In this document: positions 34,048-43,628 of the stretch, piece by piece
Layout: the number at the start of each line of letters is the position of its first letter
Position numbering within the stretch: position 1 is the stretch's first letter
Assembly (NCBI GenBank): GCA_964449815.1
Contig: CAYVGC010000005.1
Location: 1,275-65,274 of the forward strand
DNA from: an uncultured Bifidobacteriaceae bacterium
Lineage (GTDB): Bacteria > Verrucomicrobiota > Verrucomicrobiia > Limisphaerales > UBA11358
Direction: 5' to 3'
Length of the DNA: 64,000 nucleotides
Position numbers and translations under genes: made by a program
The notes under the pieces: model-generated
What the model saw: the letters and a program-made list of their open reading frames with translations, nothing else
Databases searched by the model: none
Told to the model about the DNA's origin: nothing

Positions 34048-34734
34048 ATGCCACCACAACCACAACAAGGCCCGACGTTCCGCGAGAGCTACGCAATGGC
34101 GAAATGGCTGATGCAGTTTCCGGCACTGTCGATCATGGTTTTTTTCCGTCATGATTTGGGCTACCGGCTGCTAGACCCGCTCCGGGTTTTGGGCATCACC
34201 ATTTTTCTAATTTTCTTTGGCGTGCTGGCGCAACCCGGCAATGAGAGCGCCGAGCCGATTGCCTTGTTTTATTTCGGCCTTTGCTTTTTCGTTTTGGCAG
34301 TCGTCCAACGCATTAAACGCTGGTTTCAATTTAACCGTGCCGTCCGGCAACACAGTTATTACATCGGCACTTCCCCGTTTGCATTCCGCTGGCTACCAGC
34401 GTTCATGCACCGCAACCGGCGCGTGGCCCGCTTCATTGACCCGCTGTTTTGCGGGCTGATTGCTTTCGCGTTCTATCCGCTTTCGCACGCGCTGACGTGC
34501 TGGCTGCTTTTTTCGGCATTCTGCCTCCGGGCTTATGAATTCATGATTCATGAGCGCGACCTGAATTTGGAAATGGACACCATTGACGGCCTGATTCATG
34601 CCGAGAGCCAGGGCCAGACCGTTGAGCAGTTCGAGAATGTCCAACCGGGCCGTCAGCAGCAACAGCCCACCGGCATCCCCACGGGTTTGAGCGATGACGT
34701 TCAGGAACACATTAGACGACGCAAAACAAAATAA
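34048..34734 (+). CDS. Hypothetical integral membrane protein
   Basis: Starts 2 nt after the coupling-protein stop. 4-5 hydrophobic segments (e.g. ITIFLIFFGVLAQ, LFYFGLCFFVLAVV, FCGLIAFAFYPL, CWLLFSAFCL). Confidence 0.55.
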   Translation: MPPQPQQGPTFRESYAMAKWLMQFPALSIMVFFRHDLGYRLLDPLRVLGITIFLIFFGVLAQPGNESAEPIALFYFGLCFFVLAVVQRIKRWFQFNRAVRQHSYYIGTSPFAFRWLPAFMHRNRRVARFIDPLFCGLIAFAFYPLSHALTCWLLFSAFCLRAYEFMIHERDLNLEMDTIDGLIHAESQGQTVEQFENVQPGRQQQQPTGIPTGLSDDVQEHIRRRKTK

Positions 34735-34739
34735 AAAAT

Positions 34740-35267
34740 ATGAGAATGAATTCACAACACGCGCAAATGCTGATGTCCGCGCTAGGCTCGGCGGCAAGCA
34801 TTGCCGGAACCGTTGCCGAAGTGGAGCATGGCAAAACCAAATTGCGGGCGCTGGACGCCCAACTCGCCCACAACCAGAAAGCACTCGAAACCCGGCTGTC
34901 GCACGAACGCGACATTTTTGAGATCAAGACGGGCTTGGTGCGTAACCTCATCCACGCATTGATTGAGCGGCGCGTGGATGCCGTGCAGCAAGGTTTCCGC
35001 GACACGCTGACCATGTATGCGGAGCAAGCCCGTCATTACATGGCGCAGCAGGAAAAATACGCCGACGCCGAAATCAAAGCGGCCACGCCTTTGGAACGCG
35101 CCAGCATTCGGACGCGGTTGTCCGAAATTGACCTCCACCTGACAAACATCCGTGCCGATGCTTCCGCCTTATACCGGGAAATGATGCGCGTCATTCTCAT
35201 CATCGGCGGCTCCATGCCGCCCATGTCCAGCGATGACCAGAAGGCGCTCGCCGTCGTGAAAGGCTAA
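34740..35267 (+). CDS. Hypothetical helical/coiled-coil protein
   Basis: 175-aa ORF 5 nt after the previous stop. No family recognised. Confidence 0.5.
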   Translation: MRMNSQHAQMLMSALGSAASIAGTVAEVEHGKTKLRALDAQLAHNQKALETRLSHERDIFEIKTGLVRNLIHALIERRVDAVQQGFRDTLTMYAEQARHYMAQQEKYADAEIKAATPLERASIRTRLSEIDLHLTNIRADASALYREMMRVILIIGGSMPPMSSDDQKALAVVKG

Positions 35268-35272
35268 CGACA

Positions 35273-35968
35273 ATGGATTACGACGAATACAAAAAGAAAG
35301 CGCGCTGGGGCTGGTTCATCGTGCTTGGCATCATTTGGATGTGGTGGATGATCGGCATGGCGAACGACGCCTACAACAAGGCGGCAGCGGAAACCGCGAC
35401 GAAAACCGGCTTGGCGAAGTGGTGGTCTAGCGGCGCGGGCATTTTGAACAGCGACGCCGACAACGCCCGCATGAGCTACATCATCGGCGGGGTGTTCGGG
35501 CTGATCGGCGTCTTTTTTGTCGCGCACATCATTGCGGGTGTTCAGGTTTCCATGAAGGAGGAAGCCGTCAAAAGAAAACGCGAGGAGCAGAGCCAGCGCG
35601 AGCAGCGCGAGTTTCAGCAGCAGATGCAGGAAATGGACGAGCAAAGCAGCCAGCAGGACAAGCTTTCAAAATTCGCCCAATCAAAACAGGAATTGATTAT
35701 GCGGCTCGGCAGCATTGACCAGTTCATCCGCGTTCTCGAAACCGAGACTGACGCCAACAGCCGGACGATGGCGCTCCAAGACGCCCACTCGCAAATGACC
35801 AAGCTAACGGCCAGTCTTGCCTCGGAACAAATCAGCCGCGAAGCGTTTGATGACCCCGTTGTCAGGGAACACGCTTGGGAAACCAGCAAGGATTTGGCCC
35901 GCATCGGCCTGTCCAATGACCGCCTAAACCGCGACCTGATACGGATGTTTAAGCTAAACGGGGAATGA
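35273..35968 (+). CDS. Hypothetical membrane-anchored coiled-coil protein
   Basis: Two hydrophobic segments (WGWFIVLGIIWMWWMIGM, IIGGVFGLIGVFFVAHIIAGV) followed by a Glu/Gln/Arg-rich coiled-coil-like region. Starts 5 nt after the previous stop. Confidence 0.5.
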   Translation: MDYDEYKKKARWGWFIVLGIIWMWWMIGMANDAYNKAAAETATKTGLAKWWSSGAGILNSDADNARMSYIIGGVFGLIGVFFVAHIIAGVQVSMKEEAVKRKREEQSQREQREFQQQMQEMDEQSSQQDKLSKFAQSKQELIMRLGSIDQFIRVLETETDANSRTMALQDAHSQMTKLTASLASEQISREAFDDPVVREHAWETSKDLARIGLSNDRLNRDLIRMFKLNGE

Positions 35969-36102
35969 TCCGGGTTTCAATGTTCAGCCTAGCCCCGGCG
36001 GTAGTTTCGCATCAGCGCCCCCCAGGATTGTTGGTTAAGCCTACGATTCTTAACCCTGTTTCCCTTGCCCGACGTTTCAAATTCGCTTAAAACTGTGGGA
36101 TT

Positions 36103-38985
36103 GTGACCCAAAACGGCATCACCCCGTATCACGCTTGTTACTATGCCCATGAGCTAACAAGACGTTGCCCTTCCGACAGCCTGCAAAAACTGGCTGCGAC
36201 GCTGGCTGACGCTCAGGTGGATTTGAACCCCCATCAAATTGATGCCGCCCTTTTCGCATTCCGCTCCCCCCTTTCAAAGGGTGCAATCCTGGCGGATGAA
36301 GTCGGCTTGGGAAAAACAATTGAGGCCGGGATTCTACTTTCGCAGAAATGGGCGGAGCAAAAGCGCAAACTTTTAATCATCGTCCCTGCCGCATTACGCA
36401 AGCAGTGGAATCAGGAACTTGCCGATAAATTTTTCCTTCCGTCTGTAATTTTAGAAAATCGCTCGTTCAATCAAATCATCAAACAGGGCAATCTCAATCC
36501 GTTCGACCAAAATGAAATCGTCATTTGTTCGTATCACTTTGCCCGCGCCAAAGACGTTTATGTAAAAAAGGTAAATTGGGATTTGGTCATCGTGGATGAG
36601 GCTCACCGCCTGCGAAATGTTTACAAGCCCACGAACCGCATTGCCAACGCAATCAAAAACGCAATTGCAGACGCGCCAAAAGTATTGCTGACGGCAACGC
36701 CACTGCAAAATTCAATTCAGGAACTTTATGGCTTGGTGAGCATCGTTGACGGTTTTACCTTCGGCGATCTCAAAAGCTTCAAGGCGCAATTTGGACTCCT
36801 ACGCACAGAAGAAGATTTTGCTGCCCTCCGTGAACGCATTAAGCCGGTAGTTCAGCGCACACTGCGACGGCAAGTGCTGGAATACATCAAATACACAAAT
36901 CGCATCCCGATTACGCAGGAATTCATCCCGTCAGAGGCAGAACAAAAACTTTATGATTTGGTTTCCGGTTATCTGCAACGCGAAACATTGTATGCGCTGC
37001 CTTCGAGCCAGCGCCAACTGATGACGCTCATTCTCCGAAAATTGCTGGCGTCTTCGACCTACGCGATTTCCGGCACATTAGACGCACTGGCGAGCCGCCT
37101 TGAAACGGCGGCTGCCAAAAATACTCCAACCGTAGACACTCCAGAAGAAGTCACCGCCGATTTCGAGGCAATTGATGAAGTTGAGGAAGAATGGGACGAA
37201 GATGAAACGCCAGAAAAAGCCGAGCGCGTCTACACGGAGGAAGACAAAGAACGGATACGAGCCGAAATAAAATCGCTGCGCGAATTCAAAGAGCTTGCCA
37301 CTTCCATCGTCAAGAATTCCAAAGGAGAAGTGCTTCTCACCGCGCTCAAAAAAGGCTTTGCGAAAGCGCGGGAACTCGGTGCGCCGGAAAAGGCAATCAT
37401 TTTTACCGAATCCACCCGCACACAGGAATATCTTTACCGGGTTCTCGAACAGACAGCCCATGCTGGCAAAATCGTCTTGTTCAATGGCTCAAACAAGGAT
37501 GCGAAGTCGAAAGCAATTTACGCCGCATGGATGGAACGGCACAAAGACACGGATCGTATTACCGGCGCCCCAAGTGCCGACATGAGACAGGCGCTAGTGG
37601 ATTATTTCCGCGATGATGCCGTCATCATGGTTGCTACGGAAGCAGCGGCAGAAGGAATTAACCTACAATTTTGCTCACTTGTGGTGAACTACGACTTGCC
37701 GTGGAATCCACAACGCATTGAGCAGCGGATTGGCCGCTGCCACCGCTACGGCCAGAAATACGATGTGGTTGTCGTAAATTTCCTGAACAAAAACAACGCT
37801 GCCGACCAACGCGTGTATGAACTTCTCCGCGACAAATTCCAACTTTTCAGTGGCGTCTTTGGTGCAAGTGACGAAGTGCTTGGCAGCATTGAATCTGGCG
37901 TAGATTTTGAGAAACGCATTGCCGACATTTATCAAAATTGCCGCACACCAGATCAAATTGAATTTAATTTCAATACGTTGCAAAGGGATTTGGAAGTCAG
38001 AATTGATGAGCGGATGCACCAAACACGGCAGAAGTTGCTGGAAAATTTTGATGAAGCCGTCCAAGAAAAGCTGCGCCTGGGCAAATTGCAAACAGAGGAA
38101 ACCCTTGGGCGCTATGAACAATGGCTGTGGCAAATCACCCGATTTTTTCTTTCGGATTACGCAAATTTTGAAGATGGCAAAAACGCCTTTATTTTGACCC
38201 GCAATCCATTTCCAGAAGAAAACATTCATCCCGGCCCGTATCGTTCAGGCAAAAATGTTGAAGATGCAAATCTCTACCGTGTCGGACATCCATTAGCACA
38301 ACGTATCATTAGCAGGTGTATGGAATTGCCGACACCAGAAGCGGAATTGATTTTTAATTATTCCCAAACGGGACGAAACATTTCAGTAATCGAGCCGTTA
38401 TGTGGCAAGGGCGGATGGCTGGTTGTTCAAAAGCTCACAGTCACGGCGTTTGAAACGGAAGACCATGTTTTGCTGGCTGGCGTAACGGATGACGGCAAAG
38501 TGCTAGATGACGAGCTATGCCGTCGGCTGTTGTCGCTTTCAGCTTCAATAAATCCGCTCCAAACTGACGGGAATGGCGAAGGTCACAAAAATATTCTCCG
38601 CGATTTGCTGGACGTAGAACGCCAGCTTATTTTCGATGATTTAGAACAAAAGAACGGCTCGTATTTTGAGGGAGAATTGGACAAGCTGGATCGCTGGGGT
38701 GAAGACCAGCGTGCTTCCCTGAAATTGGCTCTCAAAGAATTGGAAGACCAGATTAAGGAAACTCGCCGCAATGCGCGGTTGGCGGGCAGCCTGCCTGAAA
38801 AATTAAAACTGGAACGCCAAAAGCGCGACATGGATTCAAAGCGCGACGAGGCTTGGAAACAATACGAGCAAGCGGCCAAAGACATCGAAGCGAAAAAAGA
38901 TGGATTAATGGATGAGGTCGAAAAACGCCTGAAACAACAAATCACCGAAAAGGTTCTTTTCAAAATCAAATGGCAAGTGAAGTGA
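36103..38985 (+). CDS. SNF2-family helicase/ATPase with a ~340-aa C-terminal extension ending in a coiled coil
   Basis: SNF2 N-domain: LNPHQIDAALFAF...ILADEVGLGKTIEAG (motif I), VIVDEAHRLRN (motif II), LLLTATPLQNS (motif III). Helicase C: MVATEAAAEGINLQ, NPQRIEQRIGRCHRYGQ (motif VI). The C-terminal 620-960 region is unassigned and Lys/Glu-rich at its end. Confidence 0.85.
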   Translation: MTQNGITPYHACYYAHELTRRCPSDSLQKLAATLADAQVDLNPHQIDAALFAFRSPLSKGAILADEVGLGKTIEAGILLSQKWAEQKRKLLIIVPAALRKQWNQELADKFFLPSVILENRSFNQIIKQGNLNPFDQNEIVICSYHFARAKDVYVKKVNWDLVIVDEAHRLRNVYKPTNRIANAIKNAIADAPKVLLTATPLQNSIQELYGLVSIVDGFTFGDLKSFKAQFGLLRTEEDFAALRERIKPVVQRTLRRQVLEYIKYTNRIPITQEFIPSEAEQKLYDLVSGYLQRETLYALPSSQRQLMTLILRKLLASSTYAISGTLDALASRLETAAAKNTPTVDTPEEVTADFEAIDEVEEEWDEDETPEKAERVYTEEDKERIRAEIKSLREFKELATSIVKNSKGEVLLTALKKGFAKARELGAPEKAIIFTESTRTQEYLYRVLEQTAHAGKIVLFNGSNKDAKSKAIYAAWMERHKDTDRITGAPSADMRQALVDYFRDDAVIMVATEAAAEGINLQFCSLVVNYDLPWNPQRIEQRIGRCHRYGQKYDVVVVNFLNKNNAADQRVYELLRDKFQLFSGVFGASDEVLGSIESGVDFEKRIADIYQNCRTPDQIEFNFNTLQRDLEVRIDERMHQTRQKLLENFDEAVQEKLRLGKLQTEETLGRYEQWLWQITRFFLSDYANFEDGKNAFILTRNPFPEENIHPGPYRSGKNVEDANLYRVGHPLAQRIISRCMELPTPEAELIFNYSQTGRNISVIEPLCGKGGWLVVQKLTVTAFETEDHVLLAGVTDDGKVLDDELCRRLLSLSASINPLQTDGNGEGHKNILRDLLDVERQLIFDDLEQKNGSYFEGELDKLDRWGEDQRASLKLALKELEDQIKETRRNARLAGSLPEKLKLERQKRDMDSKRDEAWKQYEQAAKDIEAKKDGLMDEVEKRLKQQITEKVLFKIKWQVK

Positions 38986-41630
38986 GCATAAAGGCACCGA
39001 AATCTGTGCTTCACGACATCTACGAATGGTCAATCGGAAGACCTTCGTGGCTACGCGATGCCTTGAGGCGAATCATAACAAATGGAAAATTGGACGATGC
39101 CGATTTGACGGAACTTGAACACTTGTGCCGCCAAACGCCAAACCCTACCGGCGTTGACGGTAAACCACTCGCGGCTACCCCGCTGGCAGAGGAGCACTTG
39201 CCCGCTGGCCCATCCTCCAAAGAATCCGTCACCATTGAGTATTTGAATGATCTGGCCGGAGTCAACAAGTTGCCATCCGGCCAAAAAATTACCTTCGGAA
39301 CGTCGCCTGGACTAACCATTTTCTACGGCGACAACGGCTCTGGCAAATCGGGCTACGCCCGCGTCATCAAGAAGGCTTGCCGCTCGCGTGGAACCGCTCC
39401 GGTAATTCGCCCGGATGCGTTTTCGGAAACGCCTGTCCACGCCTCTTGCAAAATTGGCATCAATGTCAGCGGCACAGGCTCCGAAATCCATTGGAAGGAC
39501 AACCAAGCATCTGACGCAAAACTTGCCAGTGTCTTTGTATTCGACGGTGACGCAGCGAAGGATTATTTGACCGCCGACGGCCCTGCCAGCTTTACGCCTT
39601 TCGGCTTGGACGTTTTGCCGAAGCTCTCCAAGGCGTGTGACGCTCTCGCAACTAGAATAAGAAACGAAGTCGCAAATGTAACCGCTGCAATCGAAGTCGG
39701 GAAAACGGCACTGAACAAATATCCCAACACGGCTGTCGGCGCAACCCTGGACAAACTCAATTCCAAGACTTCTTCCGCAAATGTGCTGCTTTTGGGAAAG
39801 CTGACCGATACAGAAACCAAAAGGCTCGCCGAATTGCGGACGCTTTTGAGTTCCGACCCAAAAAAGAAAGCCGCTGAAACAAGGGCGGCAAAAAAGCGCA
39901 TTGAGACTTTCAAAACCCTCCTCCTCGGAAATGCCGCCCTGCTTTCCGCCGAGAAAATCAACCAACTGAAAATTGCTTTTGAAAACACGGCGGCTACGGA
40001 AGCCGCCGCAAAAGCCGCCGCCGAAAGCAAGTTTGCAGAGGGTGTCGTGACCGGAACCGGCAGCGATTTGTGGCGAGCCATGTGGGATGCCGCAAAATCG
40101 TTTTCAACCACGACCGTATATCCCGGTAAAGACTTTCCTCAAACGGGCAACCAGGACCGTTGCGTCCTTTGCCAACGCCCATTCGGGGATGATGCCGAAG
40201 CAGTCGCTCTCGCAGGCTCCTTTGTGAAGTTCTGCAACGAGGATGTTCAGAATTCCTCAAAAACTGCCCGTAAAAAGTTGAATACTGAAAAGGCAGCGTT
40301 TGAAACCAAATCCGGCCTAAAAGCGGAACATGAAAAAATCGCCACTGATTTGGCGGCCTTGACAGAAATAGAAATCAAGTTGTTGGCCGAGTTTATTGTT
40401 TCCGCCGACGATTGCCTCAGCACGGTCAAAAAGTCCTTTGCCGATGACAAATGGGCGCAGCCCGTTCAGCTTGCCGCCGCCCCGACTTTAATTCTCACCG
40501 TCCTGATCGAAAATCTCGAAAAGCGAGCCGTCACGGAGGAATCCGCAGACGACCCAGTGGCACGAAAAAAACTTCAAACCGACCTTAACGAACTTGCGGC
40601 AAAAGAATGGCTCAACACGGTCGAGCAAGACGTGAAAGACCAAATCCAAAGGTTCAAAAACCTCGATGGACTAAATGAACGGCTCGCTGACACAAGAACA
40701 AACCAAATCACGACGAAGAATTCCGAACTCACGCAGGAATTGATAACCGATGCCTACTGCAAGCGCTTCGCCGACGAACTCGCGCAACTCGGCATCCGTT
40801 CCTTGAGTGTGAATCTTGAGGCCATCGGCGGTGCCAAAGGCGAGAAGAAATTTGGCGTTCGGTTACAGGGAGCGAAGGGAAAAGCTAATGTCTTTGAGAT
40901 TGCCAGCGAAGGCGAACAACGCTGCATCGCTTTGGCCTCTTTCCTCGCGGAACTCTCCCAATGCTCGCACAACTCGGCCCTTGTATTTGACGACCCGGTT
41001 TCCTCGCTGGACCACTTTTTTCGCGGCAGAATCGCTTTCCGTCTCTCCAAAGAAGCGCAGCACCGCCAAGTCATCGTTTTTACTCACGACACGGTATTTC
41101 TGAATGATTTAATATCGGAGGCAGGAACCGCCAAGGTTCCGTGCTCCACATTCTATTTGCGTTGGGAGGGCAGTAATCCCGGCAAAGTCGAGGCGGGCTT
41201 GCCGTGGGATTGCAAATCCCCACAAGACCGATTGGATAAACTGGAAAAAATGCAAAAGGCTTTGGAAAAGAAATGGCAGCCTTACCCTGACGAAGCCTTG
41301 AAAGCCGAAATGGGGAACGCATACAGCGACTTGAGGGCGACCCTGGAGCGCATTATTGAGAAGGTCATTTTCGCAGATGTTGTTTTCCGCTTCCGTTCGT
41401 ATGTCAATCTCGGAAGGCTCGACGAAGTTGTTGGCTTTTCCCAAACGGAATGTGACGAGGTTCTGCGGCTTTTCAAAAAGTGCTGTGATTATACCCCGGC
41501 TCACGATGCGCCCGCAGGGAAACATGCGACCGTTCCCGCACCTGCGGAACTCGCAAAAGACATTGACGACACCAAAAAACTGTTGGAAACCATAAAGTCT
41601 CGCCGGAAAACCATAAAAGTCGCTGCCTAA
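38970..41630 (+). CDS. AAA_13-type ABC ATPase with a coiled-coil CxxC zinc hook (RloC/PrrC-like architecture)
   Basis: Walker A YGDNGSGKSG, signature-like SEGEQRCIALASFL, Walker B ALVFDDPVSSLD and H-loop VIVFTHD. A long helical insertion contains DRCVLCQRPF (CxxC). It also has a ~110-aa N-terminal extension and a ~165-aa C-terminal domain. The ATG overlaps the SNF2 gene by 16 nt. Confidence 0.75.
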   Translation: MASEVSIKAPKSVLHDIYEWSIGRPSWLRDALRRIITNGKLDDADLTELEHLCRQTPNPTGVDGKPLAATPLAEEHLPAGPSSKESVTIEYLNDLAGVNKLPSGQKITFGTSPGLTIFYGDNGSGKSGYARVIKKACRSRGTAPVIRPDAFSETPVHASCKIGINVSGTGSEIHWKDNQASDAKLASVFVFDGDAAKDYLTADGPASFTPFGLDVLPKLSKACDALATRIRNEVANVTAAIEVGKTALNKYPNTAVGATLDKLNSKTSSANVLLLGKLTDTETKRLAELRTLLSSDPKKKAAETRAAKKRIETFKTLLLGNAALLSAEKINQLKIAFENTAATEAAAKAAAESKFAEGVVTGTGSDLWRAMWDAAKSFSTTTVYPGKDFPQTGNQDRCVLCQRPFGDDAEAVALAGSFVKFCNEDVQNSSKTARKKLNTEKAAFETKSGLKAEHEKIATDLAALTEIEIKLLAEFIVSADDCLSTVKKSFADDKWAQPVQLAAAPTLILTVLIENLEKRAVTEESADDPVARKKLQTDLNELAAKEWLNTVEQDVKDQIQRFKNLDGLNERLADTRTNQITTKNSELTQELITDAYCKRFADELAQLGIRSLSVNLEAIGGAKGEKKFGVRLQGAKGKANVFEIASEGEQRCIALASFLAELSQCSHNSALVFDDPVSSLDHFFRGRIAFRLSKEAQHRQVIVFTHDTVFLNDLISEAGTAKVPCSTFYLRWEGSNPGKVEAGLPWDCKSPQDRLDKLEKMQKALEKKWQPYPDEALKAEMGNAYSDLRATLERIIEKVIFADVVFRFRSYVNLGRLDEVVGFSQTECDEVLRLFKKCCDYTPAHDAPAGKHATVPAPAELAKDIDDTKKLLETIKSRRKTIKVAA

Positions 41631-41657
41631 ACACCATTGCTTTGCTAGGATTTTACA

Positions 41658-43628
41658 ATGTCACAACAACCTGAAAAATTTGAAGCGACTTCGGCCAGCA
41701 TCACCGATGAGCAAAAGGCGAAACTGAAATCGCTTTTTCCTGAAATCATCACCGAGGGCGGGAAGATTGATTTTGACCGGCTCAAGCTCACGCTTGGCGA
41801 GGCGGTGGATGCGGGCAAGGAACGCTACGGAATGAACTGGCCCGGCAAGGCGGAGTGCTTCAAAACAATTCAGCAGTCCAGCATGGCAACCCTCATCCCC
41901 GCGCGGGATGAGTCTGTAAATTTCGACACGACGGAAAACCTGATTATTGAGGGTGATAATTTAGAAACGCTCAAGCTGCTACAAAAGGCGTATCTTGGCA
42001 AAGTGAAGATGATTTACATTGATCCGCCTTACAACACGGGTAACGACTTTATTTATCCTGACAATTTTAGCGAAAGCCTCGAAACGTATCTTCGATATAC
42101 CGGACAGACCGACGAGGAAGGGCGCAAATTTTCTACGAACTCAGAAACTGACGGACGCTTTCATTCCAAATGGATGAATATGATGTATCCGAGACTTTTT
42201 CTCGCTCGGAATTTATTGCGTGAAGACGGCGTTGCGTTCATCAGCATTGATGACCACGAAGTAAATAATTTGCGGAAGCTCTGCGACGAAGTGTTTGGGG
42301 AAGAAAATTTTGTTGCCACCTTAGTTTGGGAGAAATCAAAAAAAGGTGATGCAAAACTGATTGCCGTCAGTCATGAATACGTTCTGGTCGTTGCGAAGAA
42401 TAAGCAATACATGATCGAGAAAGGCATCTGGCGGCGAAAGAAGCCAGGCGCGGAAGAAGTTCTTTCTCACTATCAGCAAATCCGGCAGACCTTCGACGAC
42501 AAACACGACGCCATTTCTAATGCCATGCGAGCTTGGTATTCCTCGCTTCCCAAAAATGACCCGCGTCGCGCGCATGAGCATTATCGTTGGTCGGACAAAC
42601 GCGGCTTGTATTTCGCCGATAATTTCGCAGGCCCGGATGATGGCCGAGAATCAAGACCCCGATATGACATTATACACCCAGAAACAAAGAAGCCATGCAA
42701 GAAGCCTTCAACGGGGTGGCGTTGGGACGAGGAACGCACAAAGCAGGCATTGTTAGCAGACCCCCCGCTTATCCATTTCGGCCCGGATGAAACCACCATT
42801 CCATGTCGCAAGAGCTATCTTGCCGACATTAGCTATGAGCCGTTTGCTTCCGTGTTTTATCGAGATGGTCGCGCTGGGACTCTCGAACTGGAAAAGCTGG
42901 TCGGAAAAGGATTAGTCGAATTCCCCAAAGATAAAGATATTCTTGCCGACTTTATTGATCTTGCGACTGAACCGGATTCCATAGTGTTGGATTTTTTCGC
43001 GGGAAGTGGAACAACGGCACAAGCCGTGTTGGAAAAAAATATCCAAGATGGAGGACGGCGAAAATTTGTTCTTGTTCAGTTGCCCGAACCGGCCACTCAC
43101 ACTCAATTTCCAACCATCGCCGACATTACGAAACAACGTGTCCGCGCTGTCTTAAAGAAACTGCATGATGAAGGCGTAAGCCAGCTTCCGCTACAAGGTC
43201 AGCATAAGGGGGATCATGGCTTTAAAGTTTTCAAGTTGCAAAGCTCGAATTTCAAAGCATGGAACACGGAGCAGCCAAAGGACGAGGCGGAACTCGGCAA
43301 GCAATTGACTTTGCATGTGGATCACCTCGTCGCGGGTCGCACACAAGACGATGTGCTTTACGAATTGCTGCTCAAGTCTGGCTTTCCGTTGGATACGAAA
43401 GTCGAACAAATTGCGATGGCCGGGAAGATCGTCTTTTCCATCGCCGATGGTGCGATGCTGATTTGTCTCGAAAAGGAACTGACTCCAGAAGTCATCAAGG
43501 CGATGGCGGAGAAAAAGCCTGAGCGAGTAGTTTGTCTCGACGCTGGTTTTGCTAACAACGACCAGCTTAAAACAAATGCCGTCCAGACGATGAAGGCAAA
43601 AGGGGTGACGAAGTTCCAAACGGTATGA
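41658..43628 (+). CDS. mod: Type III restriction-modification DNA methyltransferase (Mod, beta-class N6A/N4C)
   Basis: Motif IV MIYIDPPYNTGNDF lies upstream of motif I VLDFFAGSGTTAQAV (the beta-class order), with a variable region between them. 27 nt after the ATPase stop. Confidence 0.85.
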   Translation: MSQQPEKFEATSASITDEQKAKLKSLFPEIITEGGKIDFDRLKLTLGEAVDAGKERYGMNWPGKAECFKTIQQSSMATLIPARDESVNFDTTENLIIEGDNLETLKLLQKAYLGKVKMIYIDPPYNTGNDFIYPDNFSESLETYLRYTGQTDEEGRKFSTNSETDGRFHSKWMNMMYPRLFLARNLLREDGVAFISIDDHEVNNLRKLCDEVFGEENFVATLVWEKSKKGDAKLIAVSHEYVLVVAKNKQYMIEKGIWRRKKPGAEEVLSHYQQIRQTFDDKHDAISNAMRAWYSSLPKNDPRRAHEHYRWSDKRGLYFADNFAGPDDGRESRPRYDIIHPETKKPCKKPSTGWRWDEERTKQALLADPPLIHFGPDETTIPCRKSYLADISYEPFASVFYRDGRAGTLELEKLVGKGLVEFPKDKDILADFIDLATEPDSIVLDFFAGSGTTAQAVLEKNIQDGGRRKFVLVQLPEPATHTQFPTIADITKQRVRAVLKKLHDEGVSQLPLQGQHKGDHGFKVFKLQSSNFKAWNTEQPKDEAELGKQLTLHVDHLVAGRTQDDVLYELLLKSGFPLDTKVEQIAMAGKIVFSIADGAMLICLEKELTPEVIKAMAEKKPERVVCLDAGFANNDQLKTNAVQTMKAKGVTKFQTV

